Shown here piece after piece: positions 39,901-47,900 of a DNA stretch of 64,000 bases. The notes beneath the pieces were generated by a model that did not search any database, had not been told where the DNA came from, and worked only from the letters and a program-made list of their open reading frames with translations. Location: the IMG/VR virus record IMGVR_UViG_3300007513_000005; one strand, given 5' to 3'. Position 1 is the first letter of the stretch. Each line of letters starts with the position of its first letter. A program made the translations under genes and the position numbers. The DNA comes from a virus.

Positions 39901-40470
39901 GGTCTTTGACGTTCCAACAAATTCTGGTTTTTTCAACCAAAACTCTACAGTATTTCCATTTTGTCCATTAATTTCAAGATTAGAAAACCTAGAACTTGCA
40001 GTGTGAAATATGTTCCCTACGTTCGGACCACCCTTGATAAAGATATATTCCTTAGTTGCAGGATTGCCATAGTTGCCAGATACCGATGTTCTAGTGCCCC
40101 AACCACCGCCTGCTCTGTTTTCCGAAAGTTTAATGTACCCTGTTGTTCTTGGATATTCATTCTCAAAGAGATGTAGGTCGAAACCACTTGAGTCATTGAA
40201 GAATCTTAATTTCTCTCTTAAGGTACCATCATAAGGGTAGAGTTGCTGGATTCTTTTTATACCTGCATCATAGTATTCTTCCAGGGAACCATATTGAACA
40301 AATTCTTCTGGAACAGAAAAGTCTGTGTGAGATTTTACTCGAACTTTATCCTTGATATATTCTTCAATATATCCAACGGACTCCACGTCCGATAGGTACG
40401 CCGAAAAATCTCTTTTGGATTCTGTTTTTTGAGAACCCCCACCTCTTCCAAATAAACTTTTAAGACTCAT
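27934..40470 (-). CDS. Giant baseplate wedge protein (T4 gp7/P2 gpI-like core) with LamG/concanavalin-like and other inserted domains, 4178 aa
   Basis: Wedge-type motif IYKSKGTERSFRNLFRCFG. Two LamG-like domains: TVEFWLK..WHHYSFT..SYVDG..GSLDEFRFW (about 39.4-40.0 kb) and VSFWMY..WNHYYVEF..FVNG..EVLVFNKQL (about 30.7-31.6 kb). It follows gp25 and gp6. Confidence 0.65.
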   Translation of the reverse strand: MSLKSLFGRGGGSQKTESKRDFSAYLSDVESVGYIEEYIKDKVRVKSHTDFSVPEEFVQYGSLEEYYDAGIKRIQQLYPYDGTLREKLRFFNDSSGFDLHLFENEYPRTTGYIKLSENRAGGGWGTRTSVSGNYGNPATKEYIFIKGGPNVGNIFHTASSRFSNLEINGQNGNTVEFWLKKPEFVGTSKTKREVVFDFTTTGSVEGEHKYGRFTIELDSSDSAKSPFLVTYQSGTTGFKDVRVGKPALYTSGSDDAWHHYSFTMQNVSSSVRLRSYVDGELHQTIMTGSSVGTLNTAMVGTIGSLVAYKDARELGAGNAASDRPQYPGRGYGKLSGSLDEFRFWKTARNSKEVGRFYNHQIGAGTNKNVENSSLGVYYKFNEGLVGDSGIDNIVLDYSGRVSNGDWVGYASVGRHTGSAITESSASFKEFRDPILYSTHPDVVAFTTSSLEEGYAFDLTNNSSLYYSIPDWIVDEDGQENGHELRKITQIMASYFDSLFIQIKEMKDVKENKYPDLKYKPHPFNNVKLESLGLVTPELFLDKDTINIFNDRNEEDKFREKLHNVKNFIYNNIYNNINSIYKSKGTERSFRNLFRCFGVDSELIKMNLYSTDSVYPLENSYIHSTVKNKYVNFDSESSTDATVFQTASLPGTYRQKDARGYVTGSSALPAGSTTQAQIFFPNRYPIEHDFYRSTPLSSSLFGCHAVRTNTAGQNGTSHAWTAVGDDDANFQVYAVKDTQNSTTAKFVLTCRNGLFDPIETEFIPDLYTSRRWHVAVRTRLENRLNPDAMNVSGSATSYFIELACINAIGNQIDQQHIISSSMSQAVGAAFTQASRRFYVGTHRTDFDGGILQRSDIKATNFRHWLTFLSDDELHQHTIDPKSFGVTNPTRDILPLGNAGGCHTPRSELLTINWNFESLTGSNTNGEMWVTDVSSGSVDSNLVGGSIEDTIKYMHPAKGISFGTIGTGSIDVEFDQAAKLQPLENVRSGDMVNISLNDDVVFTRETKPTDYYFSFEKSMYAVVSDEMLNFFAGINDFNNAIGAPVERFRQDYKGLSKLRQMFFDRVGNSPDIERFMEYYKWLDSSLSVMIDQFVPASVAASEDIRNVIESHILERNKFQSKYPTLELKKVEPLGQIRAINELLYDWNRGHAPLGSPNNKNCLWTSERAQRNTDLFVSGTLETDSDREIIRRASITSVSGSTYATRRLSRPYRLTVEDQRHAKGGDNTFGNKKKRFYTGVTSAHEKTHIAVTASEAASTACKDVINPHKKHKIHAPADIAFTHKDRDINDIAPFTIYSSSIDAPTDYKASLYLNFKKGVDITNLHSDEYGDDREVTLQSPFTERWVGGNAHRHQDLSGSLLGNIENKKDGRSRSEAFKIATGFESATATITVSDHTEINTSDTIQVIATDGTVITATAHGSTTTTTDINNPTFAVGTAAATALAIAACLNGNSRLTAARIASTVVQVTQNVEGASGNTTITITDSGDPGLTKTDFTGGVDGLYVLPPNATGLDDSNLPIIDHSIQHAQVLRGPLAKRPVNIDNIQSTTSSISLGNYNHMYDIVQYTSEDQRKDFLVDNLEQMTSSNSTGIPGVKEFARFARPVRKTVFKARFASPGGTEVAGNSRGGHGLDRETNQYSVYNSLNYRNLSVRGPMNFLSKLPQSASNKDSNSLVTNHKVNANPRHRRSMSGQKYSGETDINKDNLFVQHPIPQNDYQYAWITASLNTAGRPKIEFAGHLHSFTQAALGGNTTGSLRYERTYEFLSASTPFPGAAAFGNPIVNYAGINFHQYPHTLTNQDLDVGSNTSTLTSSLSTITVYKNNFAADKAITGDSGYLGALGPGHQLTASLFNIGLGFTTAVSTATANTYAAEAVDRSGYSKSFVDSFIGATAVSTGPTPFQYGWTSTNGVYQALAFRGTGLPHTDITNPPVSSDYWSWVALFNPITTPGSIDINFDVINQTSRSNNNMYLQYKKSGGSYVTVLELASNNSDLVASVSNNRHDRTEYVQQSVRLSGLGQGPERPLELRWIVRNSDISMDGLWSIRNIEIKAIAPAHFHTMILSKQGPYGYPSWKQLRVGQTQMGRYLRKKNIYAPPMEIGSPSNEGRRVVRTNTLGNYSWPDSTNHRRIYNTDRDVSNSSFRFTDPPVTSNRYPIKLFGMVLDSKGIPKLAVNKFVFSNIVGKFATDNLTNLLRVQTPDDQKINLLDNNMLRGFDLSKPVTDWARFDMDIFPKEENAYLERTRQRTEFKTDDFWKTVRSERTLTNVTNSQGNTIPRMSIWPLDEPDNFRTTALKTTSDHLGADGAGELFANYSVFHNNLHFPSASAVFARPFPMQATSSLPNSFTVQRFILSASYSAGKIYDQGLNTTNVFPENDLFFQAANTTNYNSIGGSGFNTSPGLPPGWKTHTYNGSSYGTASGPTNSVTEAQVGPRVMSDDFGTPSGLSPMAFVGRSVAVSAMYDPPKSSEHTLYRWVRTTSSYDFPGKITFLLRTGASTTAAGGGIVHKSTTPFYVQIGDEDQSRGDRGYRTVATIGSSSGDIDTYASDTAYQFVDVLVTASLTNQKIRFVSVVTGSSAANDISGQWAMKAPNVFEMKTIERDTFADLNVVNNTLEMAISDMTASFITSSVRTYTPTNSKKELFTPFDETGHSVISTTKISNYADLRGRFYTGSFGNSNNTNTPTYGFEEASGTFAYFLHQSGGYHIQNIYKKDERVDHHLFGSQFFKTPEHSGRNPFNFDNYNDFAHQTRLIAKDFSLVPEFRISEHMDHYINTVGGADPYFTCNDSFLTITGAASPSNSSMDNFYKIYSHTDFVKDFEVVEEQMLEIKSATPQRLMLKCKALKKFLPYKGLYPADRMTQLASEFSSSYSQHADGLWRNVLAPYYAPGIAFNTIKSGISVDYPIFEPHEDKIYNQYGVMFQSASVTSYMMTGSSSDFDNFPKANPNLSRNRIEIGGGSEWAKSLTGSIASGNHNDKIGVSFWMYLPMTNARGREQDWRSFSMDSLYPLQQCGTVISLGSGEVEDQAAFKKGFHLGYAIDNDSLTYSGFENKAQAQTGANKKFKTHFVAAGGNGKDFFVMKCTPPDGARFNPGWNHYYVEFDLNTIDVDNFKCFVNGRPYSTAAEITSSAGFTLDGSSAASVVLDGERNCYLGSHLGAVKSLNADSNVDLGFLGNTVDSTLKRGLATTKPSENIMTEVLVFNKQLDKYSVYALGGSNPDNPPAGATQISALSQGDTASSAKFQSKNHGSQIGPRNPYTVLPRSLHDNLVAWYRPGNDTGYMKAKSSLYASSDYLTDASMTNNLPVFNHASPLYSGKTILASSGSFESKIPDTTAAPTLANHLSGTFYGFSTWSGSLDQSPSWSSRSRRRWNGITDITNPAQYTLYYYVLNGGEIEGNGSTTYDAPAFKTWWTNARDNAGVNWKVLGTTTRSRDGYMVESTLRDNHPAGLSGSANTFVSGAYTIPTFVVGSKFNFTDDASIPRIGSPEYHKHFYTGSMDIGSEPTSLSLNIDTGIKSVTRIPFEAIVDPAIYTPPTVSTEDGNQTLFYEMEPHPSASLLGANTVKRRLTGDLSGPTVWSGSFNVTGAVQNTDFVRGVAAHSSSLVTKLDLDAIASTTTMYTRAASNFYAECLNLFIENSKGVTIRSSDVPQEIDSSVSTYEARVILGSGRGTSRDNPMYNNPAAFGPPCDVGRVKTKTPGGINLPRYYDKLGYGFAPYLPPHYDGLAEATLKFTPDSNTQYNSIRQILSETTVEFERFVSATGSMSSKGSGRSTTDSSVTMMIPASVNRDHAMHLSASFSGFGFNEDSFVQSYNSETGDIIENRSSLVLQTRFECPTFNFTGTADGDVDQPRTSKTTQTLPKIKGIWHQTGSITGKTRPSVWIGGPRDRSKGDLSKLIGLGIEREYNKIGSLPSSKLIKEAVIAVPFKTVNGEKKFFKLPKEEVYQSVRNLGFPEYRLDTEDARREQREAANILDDAAARRSGGSLPGDASSDRLGDPPRAITPRRSIFKMVKSMMDYNIPPHFNFLKYNDPTSKFIEPFAMYIFEFSVTLSRQDVANIWQNVTPDVGLDSYYGEGSRIISSQVVDHELFGPTDLMEDGGFDEDVQWMVFKVKQKAQTNYFKKKKLDKLPDGHPEKKLSVENDIFEYGFNWPYDYFSLIELVNIGTSIDFKYKPLDLQSSGFVGFSKE

Positions 40471-40472
40471 AA

Positions 40473-42788
40473 TTATTCAACTCTAAATTTAAACTCATCC
40501 TTATTAACGATGTTTTGACCATAACTATCCGTAGAGACCTCTAGTGCGTACATGTACCCAGGCTCAAATAGAGACATATCAAGCTTGAAAAAACTTCCGC
40601 TTGAATCATATGACATCTTACTGTGTGGAATACTTCCTGAACCATACGATACAACCTCCTCTCCATCAATAACCCTATACGCCCGATAATATACATTATA
40701 CAACACTTCATTCTGTAATTTATTACTTGCTACAGTATATATGTTTGGTTGGTGATCTTTTCTTCTCACATTAAGTCTCAATGATGGATTATCCTTGGTT
40801 CTATACACAGGTTTTAGATTAGACAAGGACACCACATACTCTTCATCTGCATTGCTATATGGGAGAGGTGTGTGTGTCTTGACATATATTGCGGATCCTG
40901 TAAACAACTCATGCTTACCGCCATTGTGACTACTATCCGTATGAGACCAGACATCATAAACCTTTGTGTGAGAACCTGTGGTTGCTAATGATGCGCTGTA
41001 AATCCCTGTTTCATGTAAGTAACATTCCGCAAAGTCTTGTGCCTGACCGTCAGCAAAGGTATTGCTTGGCACTGATACGTTCGTCACCGATGCCATACTA
41101 AGCGCTTTGTTGCCTGCGGTTCCAATAGCGTTCTGGGTGACTGTCACGGTACCGTCGCCGTTGTCTACTGCGGTAACTGCTAAACTGGTGTTCGCAATAG
41201 ATTGTTGTATTCTTTCTGCAATTCCAGCATTGTTGCCAAGCACAGAGAAAATACCAACAGTGGACGTGGTTGAACTATTTGCTGCGACTGAATTGTTCCC
41301 CTGTTGGAATGTAAACGTAACGGATGCGTCAGCAGAATCGGTCATCGTAAAAGTCTCAGCATTTCCAGGATTACCAGCAACGGTTATAGTTGCCTTTGCG
41401 CGTCCATCCTGAACGCCGCCTCCAACTGGTAGAACAATTGCTTTTGAACTAGACTTGAGGTCTGGATACAATCTAACTCTCATTAGCGCTTCGCCTGTAG
41501 ATTGATCGGCACCATTGGGATCAGTCTTTAGTGCTGGAATGTTGGATAACCCCCTGCGAGTATAGTTGTACATGTATAACTGGTTTAGGTTCTCGGGTCC
41601 TGTTGCCAAAGATGAACTCTTGTAAAAGTTTGCTCTATCATCTCCTATCGAATCATCAAATCTCGCCTCGATACAAGGTCTCTTGAAGAAAAACTCCGTA
41701 CCTCTAGCAAAAAATTTCTTAGTGTAGTATGACCTCTGTCGAGAACCATCCTCATAAGACCCTGACATCTTGATCATTACGCCATAATTCTCACGATCAG
41801 GATCAACGGTCGACTCTGCAGCAATCCATTCTTCGACCAATGCAGTTATATTAACCAACACATCTTCTGTTCCATCGGTCAAATCAAATTTGTAGTGTGG
41901 TAGGTTTTCTCCAGCAGTGTATCCAACTTCATGAAAGTCACCGCCTTGGGTGGTCCAGCGAGATCTACCACCTCTCTGAACTTTTGTCAGTGTAAAGTGG
42001 GACGAATTTGAAATACTCTCTGGTATAATGGATCCAGAGGTGCCACCGACAACAGTGTTAGTGAGTCTAACTGTTGCGTTTGTGGAATCGCCCGTATCTT
42101 CGTTTGAGATAGATGCAGATAGATTTACACCAACAAGTGCGTCGACAGCTGTCTTTACCTGTTTCGCGAACTTTCTAACATTCGCTGGTCCTGCCTGGTC
42201 TAATTGAACCTCGACTTCCGTGCCGTCAAGAGATGGTGCTGAACCAGTTCCATCGTTATCAAACCAAAAATTGTATCTCTGATCTTCTTTGTTGTCATCT
42301 AGGACTTGAACTGAAAAATATTTGCCATCATAATGCGATAGGTTTGTTGAAACAAATTTGATATCTGTTATATCCGCCACCTTTGTGTCATTTCGAAATA
42401 TCCAGTTTGAAACGTCAAGGTCAGAATACTCCTCCATATCCAGACCAGACCCTTCATCCCAAGAAGCTGAAATTGGTAAGATTGCCAAGGTTGAATCCTT
42501 TGGCAGAGTCTGACCATGTTCGGCATTATGTAATCTCAAAAAGAACCTAACGCTGCCCGATGCGGGGATAGTAGAATTAGTCCTATCTGTTGCGATCTTT
42601 GATATATCAAATTTTATGAGTGCTCTAGATTTCTCCAATGATCCAGACGAAGCCTGTCCAAATATAGAAAAAACTTCTAAGATATCTGAACGACCTGCAT
42701 TCGATCCCGTTCCCCTGGTCGTCAACACTGAACTAAATGCATTGTTGATCGTGTTGTCGCCGTTTGAAAAATACCTCTTTATACTCAT
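40473..42788 (-). CDS. Baseplate-associated protein with DNRLRE (CBM96-like) domain and two inserted beta modules
   Basis: SRALIKFDISKI..LRLHN..LPISASWDEGSG..W..GGDF..NITALVEEWI..NYGVMIK matches the DNRLRE-type pattern. Confidence 0.55.
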   Translation of the reverse strand: MSIKRYFSNGDNTINNAFSSVLTTRGTGSNAGRSDILEVFSIFGQASSGSLEKSRALIKFDISKIATDRTNSTIPASGSVRFFLRLHNAEHGQTLPKDSTLAILPISASWDEGSGLDMEEYSDLDVSNWIFRNDTKVADITDIKFVSTNLSHYDGKYFSVQVLDDNKEDQRYNFWFDNDGTGSAPSLDGTEVEVQLDQAGPANVRKFAKQVKTAVDALVGVNLSASISNEDTGDSTNATVRLTNTVVGGTSGSIIPESISNSSHFTLTKVQRGGRSRWTTQGGDFHEVGYTAGENLPHYKFDLTDGTEDVLVNITALVEEWIAAESTVDPDRENYGVMIKMSGSYEDGSRQRSYYTKKFFARGTEFFFKRPCIEARFDDSIGDDRANFYKSSSLATGPENLNQLYMYNYTRRGLSNIPALKTDPNGADQSTGEALMRVRLYPDLKSSSKAIVLPVGGGVQDGRAKATITVAGNPGNAETFTMTDSADASVTFTFQQGNNSVAANSSTTSTVGIFSVLGNNAGIAERIQQSIANTSLAVTAVDNGDGTVTVTQNAIGTAGNKALSMASVTNVSVPSNTFADGQAQDFAECYLHETGIYSASLATTGSHTKVYDVWSHTDSSHNGGKHELFTGSAIYVKTHTPLPYSNADEEYVVSLSNLKPVYRTKDNPSLRLNVRRKDHQPNIYTVASNKLQNEVLYNVYYRAYRVIDGEEVVSYGSGSIPHSKMSYDSSGSFFKLDMSLFEPGYMYALEVSTDSYGQNIVNKDEFKFRVE

Positions 42789-44578
42789 AATACGGTCCCC
42801 TGAATGTCTGCATTGGGATACTTGAGTTCATATATGTGATCAAACGGAATAGTTAGAGTCCTACCATCCATGCTTAAATTCTGTTCTATCTCATAAAAGA
42901 GAGTAGAGTATTGTTCTCCTTCCATATTTCGTACCGAGACATCCGTCACGTCGACGACGAAATCTAGATTGCCTAAAAGTTTGTAAATATCGTTTAAGTA
43001 CAGTGCTTCTCCAAGTTCTGGGTGGATTCTAAAATATTCAGAAATCTCCCTGTTACAAACTGTGATTGCTTCGGACGAAGTATAACTTCCGTCTGTTACG
43101 ACCTGATAATCTATCCCAATGTTTATTATTCTCGCGTCCAAGATATCAAAAGTATCCGCCATCATTCTATAATGCTCGATCCAGGTCTTTAAATTATTCT
43201 TAAGGGTCAAATTACAATCAGTCAAGTTTCCACTCAAATCTTCCGAAGTGACATAGAGGTTTATGTTTCTCTTAAAAGAATCTTTATCGACAGCAACCGC
43301 ACACCTCTTTATTGCTCCAAACTTCGCTGGCATGCTGTAGACCATAGATTTATAATCCTGCATTGTCACTGCACGGTTTTGAGAAGCAAATTGGTTTTTT
43401 GCCCTAACTATAATTTCATCCGTATCTGGAATTTCCAGATCTCCCAAAATTTGCTCTGGGTTGTGTACCTCTACAGAAGTGACAACCAGACTTCTTTTGG
43501 ACTGTAACAAGATTGACTCATCAGGAAAAGCAAGCACAGGGTTTGTGACGACATTCACGCTTCCAATGCTTGCATTTGTCACGTCCTTATCATCTCTCCT
43601 TACTCTGACTGACAATGTTGTGTTGGCAGGAGAGACTCCCATTTTTGTTGTAGACGTTAAATTTGTCGGATCAAACTCGTTATCAGAAACATACTGACTT
43701 CCAAACTGATTTAATACGACTTTTGAAGGATCTTCGTAAGATCCCGAAATAATATCATTATCACTACCTTGACCAAACTGAAGTTCTACTCCGTTTTGAA
43801 AAAAACTTGCAACATACCTCCTCGGTACCGTTAAAGGTTTTATGATATTTTTAACCCTCTCGCTGTCTGGGTTCCTATTTGCCAAGTCGACATATATTAC
43901 ATCTTGCGATAAATGATCCACTTCGTAATACCGATGCCCTTCCTCGTCAACGACATCAACGATTTCAGAAGCATTTTCCACATTAAGAGTGATGGTTTTA
44001 AATCTTTCGAACGCACCAGTAGAAATCGAGATCGATTCAACGAATCCAGACTTTATCTGACCCAGTGCCCTAATTGCGTACTCAGAAGGGGCGCCCGTAT
44101 CTGGGTTGGTTGCTGCGACGATTGTTTCGTTTTCGGGTGATGAAAAGTCAACATCCTCAATCAACGTATAGCGGCCGCCATCAACACTTGCAAATTCACT
44201 CCCCTGTTTTAAGACGGGTATATAATTTGTGTCTGGTGTATTTGTTATTGAATTTACTGGGACTGTAATATAAAATTCACAGATACCATAAGATGTGATT
44301 GCTTCCGAGTATTTATACCCCATTGATCTTGCAAGAGATATCACGTTCTGCTTCTCAACAGCAGTCTCTAGAAAACTTTCATTTACCTGGTAGTCCAAGT
44401 AGTATGATAAAACGTCTCCAACATAAGCTACCGAATCCAATAACAAAGACCCGAAAGATGCTTCCGAAAAGTCCTGGTATGTGTCTGGGTAATATCTTCT
44501 GGCGTGCTCAACAAGGCGTGCCTTTATTGAATTAAAATCTCTCGCTGTGTATGAAATGGGTATCTTCTTCTTTGGCAT
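42785..44578 (-). CDS. Baseplate wedge protein (T4 gp6 / baseplate J-like)
   Basis: YTARDFNSIKARL, LLLDSVAYVGDVLSYYLDYQVNESFLETA and QNRAVTMQDY; ATG at 44578. Confidence 0.9.
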   Translation of the reverse strand: MPKKKIPISYTARDFNSIKARLVEHARRYYPDTYQDFSEASFGSLLLDSVAYVGDVLSYYLDYQVNESFLETAVEKQNVISLARSMGYKYSEAITSYGICEFYITVPVNSITNTPDTNYIPVLKQGSEFASVDGGRYTLIEDVDFSSPENETIVAATNPDTGAPSEYAIRALGQIKSGFVESISISTGAFERFKTITLNVENASEIVDVVDEEGHRYYEVDHLSQDVIYVDLANRNPDSERVKNIIKPLTVPRRYVASFFQNGVELQFGQGSDNDIISGSYEDPSKVVLNQFGSQYVSDNEFDPTNLTSTTKMGVSPANTTLSVRVRRDDKDVTNASIGSVNVVTNPVLAFPDESILLQSKRSLVVTSVEVHNPEQILGDLEIPDTDEIIVRAKNQFASQNRAVTMQDYKSMVYSMPAKFGAIKRCAVAVDKDSFKRNINLYVTSEDLSGNLTDCNLTLKNNLKTWIEHYRMMADTFDILDARIINIGIDYQVVTDGSYTSSEAITVCNREISEYFRIHPELGEALYLNDIYKLLGNLDFVVDVTDVSVRNMEGEQYSTLFYEIEQNLSMDGRTLTIPFDHIYELKYPNADIQGTVL

Positions 44579-44593
44579 CAAAAATCCTCTCTA

Positions 44594-44601
44594 TAAATAG
44601 T
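44594..44601 (-). promoter_or_regulatory. Putative late promoter motif ACTATTTA upstream of the gp6-like gene
   Basis: Identical 8-mer to 934..941, located between the gp25 stop and the GAGG SD. Confidence 0.45.
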
Positions 44602-44984
44602 CATCGAACTGAATTTACATCTAATGATAAATTAAGGATATCGTCAGACAAAATCCCCTCTATGTTATAAGATAACTTAATGTTCAGTACGTGTTCTTCG
44701 ATAAAAACGCTCAAATTTCTTATAACTACCGCAGGCATGTATGTGTCAATCTGGGTTGCGATCCTGTTTTCAAGTTCTGCTACCACCCTATGTGATTCGT
44801 TTTCGAAGAGAAAAGTTCTTACACCTACGCCGAAGTCTGGATTCATCACCCTTTCGCCTGGATTAGTTAAAAGTAAATTCTTTAGGTTTTGTTTCGTGTT
44901 TTCTGCCAAGGTCTTGTTTAATCCAATACATCCCTCTGCTTTTGAGACAGCAACTGGTAACTTTGGGCTGATTCCCACACTCAT
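44601..44984 (-). CDS. Baseplate wedge protein gp25-like
   Basis: QNLKNLLLTNPGERVMNPDFGVGVRTFLFE is the GPW/gp25 signature. Confidence 0.92.
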   Translation of the reverse strand: MSVGISPKLPVAVSKAEGCIGLNKTLAENTKQNLKNLLLTNPGERVMNPDFGVGVRTFLFENESHRVVAELENRIATQIDTYMPAVVIRNLSVFIEEHVLNIKLSYNIEGILSDDILNLSLDVNSVR

Positions 44985-47900
44985 TGATCTTCACCCTCCT
45001 TGTCCTTGCAGATCCCTTCTGCTTCTTCTTCCCCTGGTGTTTCGCACTGTTTTCTTTCTTTAATATTACTTAGTGTCTCGCCAGTTATTTGTGGCGCGGA
45101 AAGTGCGAGAAGACCGAAAGGACCTAGTGGATATCCATACCTGGTGTTGGATCCCGTAGTCAACCCTGCTACGTGTTTCGAGACTTTAGCAATATCAGAA
45201 AAGCTAGGAGTAGGCAATGTAGATAACAAGATGTCTATTGGTAGAGAGTTAATAGGAACATATTGTTTTTTGCCGTTCTTCTTACCAAATCCTCGATCCA
45301 AGTCACCATCATAATTACCATCAACAATGGGATGTCCGACTAACTCATTTGTCAGTCCAGACTTCATTTCACAAGGATCCTCCCTGTATTGTTTCCTCAT
45401 ATCTCTATAGGCGGGGTCTCCAAAGCGGCCGACGGTCCTGACGGTACGGGCATAAGATTGTTTCACAAGTTTCTCTAATATTTTATAAAACATTTTCCAA
45501 AAGTCGCCCATCGTAGCCCCAAAATCAAACGCTCTACTTTCATCAATATCAGTCTCTGGGAATATAACCTCTGGTTCATGCGCAGTTCCCGTTATGCCCA
45601 TATACCCGAGGCAAGCCATCTTAGTTGCAGTTAAAAGACCGTCATCGGACCTGAATTCATCAAAAATTATACTGTTTTGCAGGGTATGTATTCCAACATA
45701 CCTATCTAACGGAAACAATATCTTCAAGGCAACGTTAGCAGGATGATTAACAGGCGCGTCATTGATGGGGCGTGATCCCATCGATGCATCCACTGGTCCG
45801 AGAGCAAGTAAGTTTGTTACGATACTCTCCTCTTTTAGTGCATAAATGCGATCCCTAATCATCTCCCTTCTTGTCTGCAGTCCTATGAATCCTGTTTGGG
45901 ATGGTGTCATCGGAAAGAAAATCTCCTCTGACTCTTCAGCATACAGATCATCCAAACACCCAACATCCTCTATGTGCTCGTGAATTGGTATAGAATAAAC
46001 AAGAGTATTCTTAACGTCATCATCAAAAATATTTATAGGCATGTAACTGTTGGAAACCATAGCAGACCCCAAAGTCTGAAACGAAGATTGTACCGATGCC
46101 AGGTTATAGAAAGATGACCTATAGTCTAAACTTGTTGGGCCCTCGGCAGTATTCAGCGGGTATTTATCAGCATATGCAAGAAAACATTTCTTCCTGTTAA
46201 AGAGAGATCCGTCGGACATAAGCCCAACAGTTCTACTATCGACTGAACTCATATCGACTTGTCTATCTACATGTGGGCGGAAATCTGCAAATATATCAGA
46301 TGGTTTTGTTTCCATAACGTTGATGCCAGATACTTCGGAAGACCCCGCGCCAGCTGGTGTAGCAGGTCTCTCGTATTGACGATATGCCTTTTGGCCCATC
46401 ATGAGGCGGCCGCCGATTTGAAGGTTGCTTTTTAGAAAATCATATAACTCTTGTTGCTTTGGCACGATAGTACTCGCGTAGAACTCGTTTATCGGAATAT
46501 CCAAATTGAAAGTTTCGTCTTCTTGTACCCCTGATGGTGAATTCCATGTTACTGGTTTTCCAATAGCCAAAGCACCGCTGGCGGATTTGGGTGATGAAAA
46601 CTGCCTTTCATCCAAAATAGGAGTGTAAGTCCTGCTGATGTAATAGTCCAGAACCGCTTTTTGCATGCGGCCGCCGCCATACCAAGGTGTTCCGCGAGTG
46701 CTGGGCGGGGACCCGTATCCGCTTGGATTGGAACCGATCCTCCAGTCATCAAGATTAACCTTCATCGAGTCGGCGTTGTCTTCTCGTAAAGAATAATACC
46801 ATTTTCTCGCATAGTCTATCGACCTCTTTGCTGTAGCAACTTGCTCAAAAATTTCCTTTGCGTTGTCGTAGTACCCAGAACCGCGAGGCATTCTGGGGTC
46901 ATCTCTCCAGTGCACTCTTGTTTTGATAGTGTTTTCTTCTGAAGTGTTTGTCGGCCAGTTGTGTATGATATCTATCATATTTGTCAAACATTCAACAATA
47001 AGTTCCGCCTTGCGTCGTCTGGGGATGTCTTTATATGCGTACCCTGGATTATCACTGTACCTTTCTTGCTCGAAAACAAACTCGCGCCCTAGCCACTTAT
47101 AGGCACCTAACTTTGACCATTGAGCATGAAACGTCTCGGCCCATGGTCTCGTGAGTGTGCCGACGCCAGGGAATGCCTTGGGAAGCGCTTCTGGACCCTC
47201 TATGTTATTGCTCCAAGTTCGGAGCATTTCGCGGTTTGCGTCAAACGCGCCGTCGTCTGCGTTGACGTCGTCAATAATAAACAACACTCTTTCTATAAGT
47301 TCTCCCTTGGATACTTGTCCAGACCTGTAGGCGTAGTCAAGTTCTGTCAATATTGCGTCTTCTGATAGTGGTTCTATTATTTCTGCTGCTTCTATAGTTC
47401 TCGGACTTGGATTGCCCCAATTTATACCATAACCAGAAATGTTTGCCGTGAACCCGAACGGGGTTCCGCCGCTTTCCACATCGGGATGCCTAGTTATAAC
47501 GTTCTCTGGTTTCTTGGCAGCGAACCCTATGTCAATCATCATCCTAATTGCTATGGACTTATAACAGCGGCCAGAGTGCCAAATCTGTCGGGCGGATGGG
47601 GAATCATATACATAATACGCAGGCAGAGTGGGGCGTCCAGCAAAAAAGTTACTTATTAGTTTTAGATAAAACTTCTGAACAAAATCATATTCAACTCTAT
47701 TTCTCTCCAGATTTTCCTCAAGTGCCTGCATCCTCTCCACTCTAGTGTCAGTATCTTCGGCGCCAAAAAGTAGGTGCTCCATGTCAGTTGGGGAAACATA
47801 TTCGGAATACAAACTTGTCTCGGGGTTGGTACCGATGTTGAGTATGTTCCGAAGCAAAGGATCCGAGTCTACTTCTAAGTACAATTCATTGTAAATCCTA

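Noticed and set aside
44592-44599. Exact T4 late promoter TATAAATA on the plus strand
   Set aside because: It points away from all genes; better explained as the reverse complement of the minus-strand TATTTA motif.
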